DNA of 64,000 bases from the IMG/VR virus record IMGVR_UViG_3300014720_000002; one strand, 5' to 3'. Numbering within the stretch: position 1 is the stretch's first letter; each line of letters begins with the position of its first letter. Positions 29,456 to 38,213 of the stretch are shown in pieces. The notes beneath the pieces are model-generated. The model was given only the letters and a program-made list of their open reading frames with translations, made no database searches and was not told the DNA's origin. Both the position numbers and the translations under genes were made by a program. This stretch comes from a virus.

Positions 29456-29980
29456 ATGCCTATTGCGATCAAGCACAAGTCCAGCAGCACGGCCAGCGCC
29501 GTGCCGGCGGCCAACGACCTGGTGCTGCGCGAACTGGCGGTCAACACGACTGACGGAAAGCTCTTCATCAAGACAGGGGCAGGAGGGGTGGTCACCTTCA
29601 GCAACGACAGCAACTCACCCAACCGGGTGCTGTTTGACAGCGACGATCCCGGTAGCGGCGAGGGTGTCAATAACAACTTCTGGCTTAACACCACATCCAA
29701 GGATTTCTTTTACAAGTCCGGCGGGACCTGGACGCTGATTGCCAACCTTGGCGGCGGGGCGACTTTCGTGGATGACGAACTGGTTGGCGTCGGGGACAAC
29801 ACGACCACGGTATTCAACCTGGACAGCGCGCCAGTTTCCGGAAGCGTCCATGTTTATGTGGGTGGTTTCCGGAAACTGGGCGGTGCTGGCAATGACTACA
29901 CAATTTCTGGCGGCGAGATCACTTTCGCCACGGCGCCGGCAGACGGCGAGAACATCGTGGCGGATTACCGAACGGCCTGA
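29456..29980 (+). CDS. Small fibre/decoration protein
   Basis: gp37-like N-terminus (IKHKSSS...DLVLRELAVNTTDGKLFIK) and Ig-like C-terminus (GDNTTTVFNL...DYTISGGEITFATAP). Confidence 0.6.
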   Translation: MPIAIKHKSSSTASAVPAANDLVLRELAVNTTDGKLFIKTGAGGVVTFSNDSNSPNRVLFDSDDPGSGEGVNNNFWLNTTSKDFFYKSGGTWTLIANLGGGATFVDDELVGVGDNTTTVFNLDSAPVSGSVHVYVGGFRKLGGAGNDYTISGGEITFATAPADGENIVADYRTA

Positions 29981-29983
29981 TTT

Positions 29984-30649
29984 ATGGCAGCTACAGTAGG
30001 CGCTCCCAGCAACATCATCGGACTGACCAGCGCGTTGGCCGCTGTGACCACACGCTTGGGCGCTTCGCAGTTGTCCGTGAGCCAGACCGACCACGGACTA
30101 GCGGTGGGAAACCCTGTCCGGCACAACGGGACCAGCTACGTAAAAGCGCAAGCAAACGGAGTGGCCCAAGCAGAAGTTCTGGGGGTTGTGAGTGCAGTCG
30201 CCGATGCGGACAATTTCATCGTAACATTGCCAGGCAATGTGGTCGCTGGGCTAAGCGGGTTGACGGCAGGGTCCGTTGGATTTCTGTCTTCCGTCACAGC
30301 CGGCGAAGTGCTGGAGACAGATGCACCAGACGGCACTGTATCCAAACCAGTGTGGGTGGCGCTGACCTCTACTACGGCGTTGATTGTTGCCAGCAGAGGT
30401 ATTTACAAGGTATCGGGAACGTCCCCAGCCACGGACATCTACAACGAGCCGGTGGGAGTGGGCACAGTGGACGGCACGGAGACCGTCTTCACCCTGGCAC
30501 AGACCCCGGCAGCCAACTCACTGCGATTGACGATGAACGGTGTGTTGCGGCGGGTGGATGTGGATTACACCCTGAGTGGGGTTACGGTTACCTTCACGGT
30601 GCCGCCCCCGGTGGACTCCTTGATTCTGGCCAGCTACGAGATTGACTGA
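29984..30649 (+). CDS. Virion decoration/fibre protein
   Basis: 221 aa. Cement-like N-domain (HGLAVGNPVRHNGTSYVKAQAN...LGVV...GLTAGSVGFLS) and the same Ig-like C-domain as 29456..29980 (DYTLSGVTVTFTVPP). Confidence 0.6.
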   Translation: MAATVGAPSNIIGLTSALAAVTTRLGASQLSVSQTDHGLAVGNPVRHNGTSYVKAQANGVAQAEVLGVVSAVADADNFIVTLPGNVVAGLSGLTAGSVGFLSSVTAGEVLETDAPDGTVSKPVWVALTSTTALIVASRGIYKVSGTSPATDIYNEPVGVGTVDGTETVFTLAQTPAANSLRLTMNGVLRRVDVDYTLSGVTVTFTVPPPVDSLILASYEID

Positions 30650-30651
30650 GC

Positions 30652-31734
30652 ATGACTACGATTGAGCTTTTGGCCGCTGAACTCTCCCTCTACGGGGTGA
30701 CTGGACCGGCTGGTCCGCAAGGCCCACAGGGCGATACCGGCCCACAAGGCCCGGCAGGTGCGGACGGTTCAGCGGGGGCTGACGGGGCCAACGGTGCGGA
30801 CGGTGCACCGGGTGCGGACGGGGCCAACGGTGCGGACGGTGCTGATGGAGCCACGGGACCGCAAGGCCCACAGGGCGATACCGGCCCACAAGGCCCGGCA
30901 GGTTCCACAGGGGCCAGCGGTGACAACATTTACGTTGCCTACGCCAGCGACGACAGCGGGACGGACTTCACCACCACCTTCGACGCCAACCTCGATTACA
31001 TCGCTATCCTCAAGACTGGCACCTGGATCGAGACTCCGCAGGCATCGGATTTCACGGGCTTGTGGAAAAACTACAAGGGTGCCACGGGTTCGACTGGATC
31101 TGCGGGTGCCGATGGTGCTTCGGCGTATGCCTACATCGCCTACGCCAGTGACGACAGCGGAACGGACTTCACCACCACTTTTGACGCCAACCTCAACTAC
31201 GTTGCCATCGTCACCAGCACGACGGCATTGACGCCGGTGGTCGGAGACTTTGCTGGACTATGGAAGAATTACAAAGGTGCTACGGGGGCTACCGGCGCAG
31301 CCGGGGCCGATGGCGCGGCGGGTGCGGACGGGGCCAACGGTGCGGACGGTGCTGATGGAGCCACGGGACCGCAAGGCCCGGCAGGTTCCACAGGGGCCAG
31401 CGGTGACAACATTTACGTTGCCTACGCCAGCGACGACAGCGGGACGGACTTCACCACCACCTTCGACGCCAACCTCGACTACATTGCAGTGCTGAAGACT
31501 GGCACTTGGATTGAGACCCCACAGGCTTCTGATTTCACAGGTTTGTGGAAAAACTACAAGGGTGCCACGGGTTCGACTGGATCTGCGGGAGCAGCAGGCG
31601 CAGATGGCGATGCCGACGCCTATACGCCCACCACTCCGTCCGACTGGGACGGCACCGCACCCACCACGATTGGCGAGGCGTTGGACCGTCTGGCTGCGCT
31701 GGTAAAAACACTCAACGGCGGCACTGGGCCGTAA
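30652..31734 (+). CDS. Collagen-like fibre protein with three spacer domains
   Basis: (Gly-X-Y)n tracts alternating with 3 copies of 'YVAYASDDSGTDFTTTFDANL..IA....ASDFTGLWKNYKG'. Confidence 0.85.
   Translation: MTTIELLAAELSLYGVTGPAGPQGPQGDTGPQGPAGADGSAGADGANGADGAPGADGANGADGADGATGPQGPQGDTGPQGPAGSTGASGDNIYVAYASDDSGTDFTTTFDANLDYIAILKTGTWIETPQASDFTGLWKNYKGATGSTGSAGADGASAYAYIAYASDDSGTDFTTTFDANLNYVAIVTSTTALTPVVGDFAGLWKNYKGATGATGAAGADGAAGADGANGADGADGATGPQGPAGSTGASGDNIYVAYASDDSGTDFTTTFDANLDYIAVLKTGTWIETPQASDFTGLWKNYKGATGSTGSAGAAGADGDADAYTPTTPSDWDGTAPTTIGEALDRLAALVKTLNGGTGP
30811..31590 (+). repeat. Internal near-identical duplication in the collagen gene
   Basis: About 30892-31100 matches about 31375-31585 almost nucleotide for nucleotide. 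The ggtgcggacggggccaacggtgcggacggtgctgatggagccacgggaccgcaaggccc block occurs at 30811 and 31322. Confidence 0.85.
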
Positions 31735-31737
31735 TCT

Positions 31738-31968
31738 ATGCCTGACTTTTCATCCATCTCGTTGATTGGCCCACAGGGGCCGACCGGAGCCACCGGTGCC
31801 CAAGGCCCGGCAGGCGCTACCGGAGCCACCGGTGCCCAAGGCCCGGCAGGCGCTACCGGAGCCACCGGTGCCCAAGGCCCGGCAGGCGCTACCGGAGCCA
31901 CCGGTCCGGCTGGCCCATCCGGCTTAGATCCTGCGGAACTGTTGTCCCACATGATGATGCGCGCCTGA
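31738..31968 (+). CDS. Short collagen-like protein
   Basis: 76 aa, mostly ([12 protein letters not shown])n. Confidence 0.75.
   Translation: MPDFSSISLIGPQGPTGATGAQGPAGATGATGAQGPAGATGATGAQGPAGATGATGPAGPSGLDPAELLSHMMMRA
31783..31905 (+). repeat. 36-nt perfect tandem repeat, 3.4 copies
   Basis: accggagccaccggtgcccaaggcccggcaggcgct at 31783, 31819 and 31855, plus a partial copy at 31891. Confidence 0.95.
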
Positions 31969-31971
31969 CCT

Positions 31972-32892
31972 ATGATACTCATTGCTTCAACCCACACCTT
32001 GGAGGTCGTCCTGACGGCGGCCAAGACCGCCAACGACATGCCGGTGGTCGGCGCGTTCGTGAACCACAACAGCAGCTTTTCGGTCACGGCCCTGACGCCG
32101 ATTGTGACCACCACCAACGGCACCACGGTGGCAACCGCCGTGGCCGCAGCGGCCAGCGGCGAAGTGCGCCAGGTAAAGTCGCTCACCGTCTTCAACCAGG
32201 ACACGGCGAACAAGACGGTGAAGGTGCAGATGAACGCGGTATCCGGTGGAGCCAAGAGCGTCATCATCCAGGCATCCCTGGATGTGGGTGACTGCCTTCA
32301 GTTTTCGGACACTGACGGCTGGTTCGTGTTGAACAGCATCGGACAGGTCAAGACTGGTGCGGCAATCGCCTTGGAGGATGACTCGGTGGTGACATCCAAG
32401 ATCCTCAACAACAACGTCAACAACGCCAAGCTGGCCCAGATGGCGGCGCTCACGGTCAAGGGCAACGCCACTGGCAGCACGGCCAATGCGGGTGACCTCA
32501 GCATGGACACGCTCTTTTCAATCCTGAAGGGCAAGATCCCGGTGGCTTATGCTTTTGCCATCTCCGACGAGACCAACGCCATCGCCACCACCGGGGACAA
32601 GGTGAAGGGCATCCGCATCCCGTTCAACATGAGTTGCACGGCCATCACCGGCAGCCTGTCGGTGGCGCAGTCGGCTGGCAATGCTCTGACCTTGAACGTC
32701 AAGCGGGATGCCACGTCCTTGTTTTCAACCCAGTTGGTCTTCACCAACGGTGTCCGCACTTGCACTACGGGAGTGCTAACCAGCACTCCGCTGGCGCTGT
32801 ATGCGCAGGACGAGATCATCGGGGCAGTGTCCCAGGTGGGCACGGCAGCAGCGCTGGGTGCGAAAATCACCATTCATGGATTCATGGCATGA
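31972..32892 (+). CDS. Fibre-associated virion protein
   Basis: 306 aa with a fibre shaft motif (DDSVVTSKILNNNVNNAKLAQMAALTVKGNATGSTAN) and a C-terminal jelly-roll-like module (AISDET...RIPFNM...). Confidence 0.6.
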   Translation: MILIASTHTLEVVLTAAKTANDMPVVGAFVNHNSSFSVTALTPIVTTTNGTTVATAVAAAASGEVRQVKSLTVFNQDTANKTVKVQMNAVSGGAKSVIIQASLDVGDCLQFSDTDGWFVLNSIGQVKTGAAIALEDDSVVTSKILNNNVNNAKLAQMAALTVKGNATGSTANAGDLSMDTLFSILKGKIPVAYAFAISDETNAIATTGDKVKGIRIPFNMSCTAITGSLSVAQSAGNALTLNVKRDATSLFSTQLVFTNGVRTCTTGVLTSTPLALYAQDEIIGAVSQVGTAAALGAKITIHGFMA

Positions 32893-33728
32893 TCTGCGGC
32901 CTTCTTAATTCTCCATTGCTGGGTGTGTCCATTGGCAGTTATCAGCCGGAGACATCGGCTTGGATTACCCGCACGGAAGCAGCAGGCGGAACCATCCCTA
33001 CCGCCACCAAGGACGCGGTGGACGCCTTCGTGGTGTCCTGCAAAGCGGCAGGTATCTTTACCAAGTTCAAGCGGTTGAACCTGTTTTGTGGCAGCAACCT
33101 CACCGCCTGCCTCTCCCCGCTGGTGAACACGGTTGGCAGCACTATGGACACGAACAGTGGCTTTGTGTCAGGAGACTATTCCGAGGCGGGCGGACTGGTG
33201 GGTGACGGCACCAGCTATCTGTCCACCGGCTTGGTGCCGAATACGACGCTGGCCTACAACAACTGGCACTTGAGCACCTACGTATCGGCGTCATCTCCTA
33301 CCAGCCGCATGGACATCGGGTGTTTCGGGCACCCCAGCGGCAACATCCAGTTCCGCATGGTGTCCAATTACAACGGATCTATAGGTTTTATTGTGACCGC
33401 TGGTGACTATAACGGCGGCGGTAATCCGTCGTTTAATAAGTCCGAAGGGGTCGGCATAACCGGACACATGCTGGTCTCCAGAAAAGCCAGCAATTCCATG
33501 CGCGTGCGTAACACCAGCGGGAGCGTGAACTACCAGTATAACGACGCATACGCAGGCATACAGGCCCTTCCAACCACACAGATGTATGCCATGTCAGATC
33601 AGCACTCTGGTCCGACTAGCCACACCTTGGCAGGTTATAGCGTGGGGCTGGGTCTGACGGACGGCGAAGGAGCGAGCTATTGCTCCATCCTGCAGACCTT
33701 TCAAGGGGCTTTGGGCCGAGCGGTGTGA
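32889..33728 (+). CDS. Putative receptor-binding / LamG-ConA-like lectin protein
   Basis: 279 aa from ATG 32889 (ATGA overlap). N-terminal 'TKDAVDAFVVSCKAAGIFTKFKRLNLFCG' module followed by a beta-sandwich-like region (GLVGDGTSYLSTGL...WHLSTYV). Confidence 0.5.
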   Translation: MICGLLNSPLLGVSIGSYQPETSAWITRTEAAGGTIPTATKDAVDAFVVSCKAAGIFTKFKRLNLFCGSNLTACLSPLVNTVGSTMDTNSGFVSGDYSEAGGLVGDGTSYLSTGLVPNTTLAYNNWHLSTYVSASSPTSRMDIGCFGHPSGNIQFRMVSNYNGSIGFIVTAGDYNGGGNPSFNKSEGVGITGHMLVSRKASNSMRVRNTSGSVNYQYNDAYAGIQALPTTQMYAMSDQHSGPTSHTLAGYSVGLGLTDGEGASYCSILQTFQGALGRAV

Positions 33729-33733
33729 CCTGA

Positions 33734-36217
33734 TTAGCCGATCATGGGCGTGAGCGCCACAGGCTTGGCCGGCATATTCACCTTGCCGTAGAAGATCTCC
33801 ACCAGGCTGTTGAACACCCCGAGACTGAATTCGACCCGATCCTTGTCCAGCATCCGGGCCGTAGCGTCTAGTCGCTGCAATTCATCCCGGAGGATTTCCG
33901 CGACGGCCTGCCGACGGTCCACCTTCATCACCACGGTCTGGTTCGACAGGTTGAACTCCACCATCATGGGTAGCCGGTCGGACGGCACCTTGTAGAGCAA
34001 GGCGTTGAACGCCGGCACTGGGCTCATTGTCCGCACCACAAACTCGCCCGGCGCACCAACCTGAACCGCCAGGTCGCGTCCCCGCTGGATGAGCCGTTCG
34101 ACAGTCGTCTGCTCGGGCTCTTCGATGTGGACAGGTCGCCCTTCCTGAATCAAGCCCATGGCGAGCCGGGAAGTCAGGTGTCGGGCGGCCGAGGAAAGCT
34201 CGGCATACTCATGCTGGCGCAACGGCTCGCCGACAGAGAAGCCCGTGCTCGACTGCACCAGCACTGGGTCACGCAAGTTCAGCGCTTCGGGCGTGTCGCT
34301 GGTGACCAGCACCGGCAGACCATCCAGGTGCATGGAATCCAGACGCGGGCCACGGCTGCGCTGGTTGTTGCCCACATGCACCGGCTGCATCTGACCGAAG
34401 GCGTTGAACACGGCTTCCAGCGCCTGCCGGGTAGGCTGGTCGGACTGGGTCATCACCAAGGGGGATGGCAGGGCTAAAAAAGAGCGCTCCATCAAGGCCA
34501 GCACAATGGCCAGCAGCGTGTTGGTTTCTGGCCGGTCACAGCGCCAGGTGTGGCGCCAGTTGAATGCCCTGGCCGCGTAGTGCCGGGACAGCATGTCGGA
34601 AAACGGATACAGCAGCTTCTCCGTCGGTTTGATCTGGGTGGCCTCAGCGATCCAGGTTGGGGTGACGAAACGCGTCCGGTGCTGGGTCCAGCCCAGCGTC
34701 ATGATGCCAGTCACGTTGCGACCGCATTTGGACGCCTGCACGCTGATGACCGTCGGCAGGCGTGCACGCATGGTGGTGTCCGTGACCACCGGAAGTTCAG
34801 TCGTCTGGCCGTGGCGTCGGACCGCCAGTATGGCCTGGTTGAGGACTTCCTGCGGCTTGTTGGCGTCCTTGTTGAGGATCTGAAATGGAAACGCCTGCCG
34901 GTTAATGCGGACTTGCCCGTAGTGGGCGAACACGGTGTCGCTGAACCAGACGTTCTTTTCCACCGTGATGGTGAAGTTGGTGAAGAGCGACTCCGCCCGA
35001 CCTTCACGCCGGCCGACGTAACCGTCAGGTGTTTCCAACACCCGCATGGCGCCCAGAACGAGTTCGCTCATCCTGGATACTCCCTCCTGCACCCGGCGCA
35101 TGACCGGCATGGGCGTCCCGTTGCGCTCCAGATGGGCGATGAGCTTGTCCACCGTAGCGGAGTCGTGGCTCAGGTGCAGCAGGAAGTCCTGCATCTCAGG
35201 CGACCGTTCCTGGCCGGTCTTGATCCAATACTCGATCCGCTGGATGACGAAGTCCGTCCAGGTAGTAACGACGGGCATCCTGGCGTCCATCAGTCCGGTG
35301 TGCCGGCTGGCGATGTAGAATTCGTCGCACGCGTTTCGAGCCATCGCCAGCAAGGCAGTGTCATCGCCTTCTCCGTGCATGCCAATGGCCGCCGGCAGGC
35401 GCATGCCCGCTGCGTGCCGGGCCGAGTTGAGCCAGACCTGCACGGTGCCCAGGTTGAGGCAGGCGCCGCAGGAGATCTGCAGCAGGACGTCCCGCCAGTC
35501 GGTGTAACAGTGCACGCGCGGCTGCTGGGGCGGGGCGGACAAGGCGCCGAAGAACGCGTGCGATACGTCCTCCATCCAGACACGACTCACATCATCGGGG
35601 TGGCGGACCGGCACAAGCTCAACGGCAGCGATCTGGCTGAACCGGCTGTAGGCTGGCAGCACCAGGAACTGCGCTACCGGGTCCAGGGTGACGTGCTCCA
35701 GGCCGGGCAGCCGGGACAGGTCTTCACCGGTGGCGCCGAACAGCAGACCGGCGGTCAACCGAGGATGCGCCTGCAGGCGGCGCAGTAGCATCCTGACTTC
35801 CGCATACTTCTGGGTGTCCCAGGCGAACCGGGCAAACTGCTGGTCCCACTGCCGCCGCACATCCCGGCGCTGCTTCAGGTCTGAAGCCAGGAATCCGGCC
35901 GTCTGTTGCAGCATGGCCGGCTCGGAAGCCAGGTGGGTGTAGTGCTGGATGACATGTCGCACCGCCTGCTGCTCGCCGCCCAACCGCCAGGCCAGGAAGT
36001 CGAACACGTCGCCGCAGCGGAAGTCGTCCACGATGTCCAGGCAGACGAACTCCGTGTCGGTCAGCCAGATGCGGGAATCAGCACGGGAAGGATGCTGCAG
36101 CCAGCAACCGCGCGCTTCCTGTTGTGGTCGCAGCCCCAGGTCCCTGGCCACGCGGAACGGCGTGAGGTCCCGGAAAAGCTGTTGAATTTTGACCTGTGAT
36201 TGGTAGGATTCAGCCAT
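33734..36217 (-). CDS. Degenerate primase-like / DUF927-like protein (minus strand; ORF track strand label is wrong)
   Basis: The reverse complement reads ATG GCT GAA TCC from 36217 (alternative ATG 36226) to TAA at 33736-33734. N-terminus resembles a DnaG zinc-binding domain with ligands lost (WLQHP...FVCLD...CGDVFDF); the centre 'FTNFTITVEKNVWF' resembles DUF927. Confidence 0.55.
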   Translation of the reverse strand: MAESYQSQVKIQQLFRDLTPFRVARDLGLRPQQEARGCWLQHPSRADSRIWLTDTEFVCLDIVDDFRCGDVFDFLAWRLGGEQQAVRHVIQHYTHLASEPAMLQQTAGFLASDLKQRRDVRRQWDQQFARFAWDTQKYAEVRMLLRRLQAHPRLTAGLLFGATGEDLSRLPGLEHVTLDPVAQFLVLPAYSRFSQIAAVELVPVRHPDDVSRVWMEDVSHAFFGALSAPPQQPRVHCYTDWRDVLLQISCGACLNLGTVQVWLNSARHAAGMRLPAAIGMHGEGDDTALLAMARNACDEFYIASRHTGLMDARMPVVTTWTDFVIQRIEYWIKTGQERSPEMQDFLLHLSHDSATVDKLIAHLERNGTPMPVMRRVQEGVSRMSELVLGAMRVLETPDGYVGRREGRAESLFTNFTITVEKNVWFSDTVFAHYGQVRINRQAFPFQILNKDANKPQEVLNQAILAVRRHGQTTELPVVTDTTMRARLPTVISVQASKCGRNVTGIMTLGWTQHRTRFVTPTWIAEATQIKPTEKLLYPFSDMLSRHYAARAFNWRHTWRCDRPETNTLLAIVLALMERSFLALPSPLVMTQSDQPTRQALEAVFNAFGQMQPVHVGNNQRSRGPRLDSMHLDGLPVLVTSDTPEALNLRDPVLVQSSTGFSVGEPLRQHEYAELSSAARHLTSRLAMGLIQEGRPVHIEEPEQTTVERLIQRGRDLAVQVGAPGEFVVRTMSPVPAFNALLYKVPSDRLPMMVEFNLSNQTVVMKVDRRQAVAEILRDELQRLDATARMLDKDRVEFSLGVFNSLVEIFYGKVNMPAKPVALTPMIG

Positions 36218-37301
36218 GGACTTCATCCGTGATCGCTCGGGTCGGTGTCTGTTTCAGGTGCACAATCTGGGTGTCGCGCCCGACTACGTCAAGCAGAGCG
36301 CCATCAACGACGAGTGTGTGGCCGATCTGTTGCCGGGTCAATTCGCGGATCCCGACCGCCGGCTCTTTCCGTTGGACACCGCCGGCCACGTCTATCTGAG
36401 CCACGCCTACGTCAAGTATGCCGGGGTCAGTGACGCCAGGATTCTTCGCCGGATCAAGAAGGCCGCCGACCTGTTGAACATCGCTGACGACCTGGTGAAG
36501 CTGGACTCGGCCTTGGCGGCGGGGCAGGAGAAGCAGGCTACCACCAACAAGCCGCGCTTTGCCCTCCATGTCGATTTCGGCACCGGTGACCAGACGGCGA
36601 AGCACATCCTGGTAAAGCAGGGTGGCGTGCATGGGTTCTACCCGCTCAACAATCACGACCAGGTGCTCGCGTCGGCGCGCGATCTGGTCAACCAGTCGGC
36701 GGCACTGCCGGACGCGAATTTCGTCCTGGCCTGCCGCGAGGTGGTTAAGGCGGCCGATGACCACCACATTCCCCGGCAGGCTCTTCCGCCTGCCGTGCTC
36801 AGCCGTGGACAGCACCGCGCGCCGGATCTGGCGTTTCTGCGGGAGCAGGCCGAGAAGCGGTCTGCCTCGACCAACGACCCCACCTACCGAGAACTGGTGG
36901 CCGCCTTTGAGCGCGAAGGCGATCCGGCCGGCTGGGACAAGTGGGCTTCGCTCTGGGAGCAGGCCGACACGCTCAACAACTACGTCGGCGACAATCTGAG
37001 TTTCAACGCATGGGCAATTTTCAATTCCGGACTTCCCGTGGCCGCGGTGGAGAAAGAAGCCGCCGCCTGGCTGATGGTGGCCGACGTGCCCGTCCCCGTG
37101 ACGGCCGTGGCCAGCCTCGACGCGACCGCCGCCCGTTCCAGGCTGGACAAGGTGACCGCCGAACAGGTGACCGCCATCAAGACCGCCGCCGCTTCTGGTC
37201 TCGTCTCCGACCTGCAGGACAAGATTCTGCAGTTGCCCAGCGCCGCCCAGGAATGGGTCGTGCGGCTGGCCTTGCAGACGCCCCAGGTGGCTGCGGCATG
37301 A
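36216..37301 (+). CDS. Hypothetical protein
   Basis: 361 aa with strong C/G-ending codons; internal motif 'PDYVKQSA...FADPDRRLFPLDT'. Confidence 0.7.
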   Translation: MDFIRDRSGRCLFQVHNLGVAPDYVKQSAINDECVADLLPGQFADPDRRLFPLDTAGHVYLSHAYVKYAGVSDARILRRIKKAADLLNIADDLVKLDSALAAGQEKQATTNKPRFALHVDFGTGDQTAKHILVKQGGVHGFYPLNNHDQVLASARDLVNQSAALPDANFVLACREVVKAADDHHIPRQALPPAVLSRGQHRAPDLAFLREQAEKRSASTNDPTYRELVAAFEREGDPAGWDKWASLWEQADTLNNYVGDNLSFNAWAIFNSGLPVAAVEKEAAAWLMVADVPVPVTAVASLDATAARSRLDKVTAEQVTAIKTAAASGLVSDLQDKILQLPSAAQEWVVRLALQTPQVAAA

Positions 37302-37885
37302 CAGTTCCCCCGATCTCTCTCGACAAGCTGACCGTGGCCCGCCTGATCGGCGACATCGCCACGCTGGGCACCACGCTGCATGTGATCTGCCTGACCGCCT
37401 ACGGCGAGGAGATCTACACCCTGGACATCCTCGAACTGCTCGCCAGGCTGCGGGAGGACTTCGGGGTGGAACTGCCGGAGGACAATGAGAACAAGCTGCA
37501 AGCCATGCTGACGGCCGTGAGCACGGAGGCGTTCCATCAGGACGTGGAAGCCTTCAACACCATCTGCAACACCCTGAGCAGCGGCGACCCAGGACTGGAA
37601 GAACTGGATGACGTCACCCTGCCGGAGATGATGTGGGCCATGTTCGAGGTGGAGGTCAACCGGGGGCCGGATGAGTTCAGCCCGTCGGTGATGAGCCGGA
37701 TTGAGCAGATCATGGCCGCCGAGATGGACCCGGAATCCGACCCCAACCCTTACCGCTACGCCAGCGGCTTCGTGGAAGACCTGCATGCCCTGCTGGTGGA
37801 CCAGATGGTGGCCCTGGGGGTTCCTGCCAGTAGCGTCCCCAGCCTGCCGGCGCCAGCGCAATGGGCACCCGAGCCTACCCTGTAA
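37298..37885 (+). CDS. Hypothetical acidic protein
   Basis: 195 aa from ATG 37298 (ATGA overlap), D/E-rich and helical. Confidence 0.7.
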   Translation: MTVPPISLDKLTVARLIGDIATLGTTLHVICLTAYGEEIYTLDILELLARLREDFGVELPEDNENKLQAMLTAVSTEAFHQDVEAFNTICNTLSSGDPGLEELDDVTLPEMMWAMFEVEVNRGPDEFSPSVMSRIEQIMAAEMDPESDPNPYRYASGFVEDLHALLVDQMVALGVPASSVPSLPAPAQWAPEPTL

Positions 37886-37942
37886 TGGAGGGCGGTTTTG
37901 GGGTATAAGATACTGGTAGAGACTTTAGGTTTTGTTGGTTTT

Positions 37943-38213
37943 GGGCGTCCTTGGACTATCTCGCGTTTCCCCTAAACACTGGCCCTTCCCCTGGCCGCTG
38001 TTCACGCCTGGTCCTTGGACGCCTGCTTTCCCGATCGCCCCTGACCTGAAACAATGGTCGTGAAACTCTGAACTCAGCAGGCGCCATGCTACGGGTATGG
38101 TGATAGCTGGGACTAAGGGGCAAGGTGGTTGGGATATTTTGCCGAAAGGCAATGGCGGCCAGCTAACGTAGCCGGCCTTGCCCCTGGTCCCGCGTCATGT
38201 CGGGACCAGGGGC
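37943..38213 (+). ncRNA. Candidate structured non-coding RNA / regulatory region
   Basis: Non-coding gap with several stems: gggcgtcc(37943-50)/ggacgcct(38017-24); a c-TACG-g-capped stem (about 38083-38101); tagctgg(38104-10)/ccagcta(38159-65); ttgcc-GAAA-ggcaa(38139-52); and a perfect 13-bp stem 38180-92/38201-13. Confidence 0.4.

Noticed and set aside
31783-31905. Possible CRISPR array
   Set aside because: Units are contiguous with no spacers and encode collagen Gly-X-Y in frame.
32889-33728. DGR target gene
   Set aside because: No reverse transcriptase or template repeat in the window.
33734-36226. ORF track label '+' for the 830-aa protein
   Set aside because: The listed sequence (MKSMAESYQ...TPMIG) reads only from the reverse complement, so it is annotated on '-'.
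38020-38060. SRP RNA helix-8-like (minus strand tcagg...agcag) or hammerhead-like (ctga...gaaac) motif
   Set aside because: The required internal stem does not pair, and the CUGANGA core is absent.
38094-38128. GGY-NN pentamer array as a RAMP guide RNA
   Set aside because: Only 4 of 7 pentamers fit and it lies about 12 kb from the RAMP gene. Too weak to call; noted only inside the ncRNA finding.
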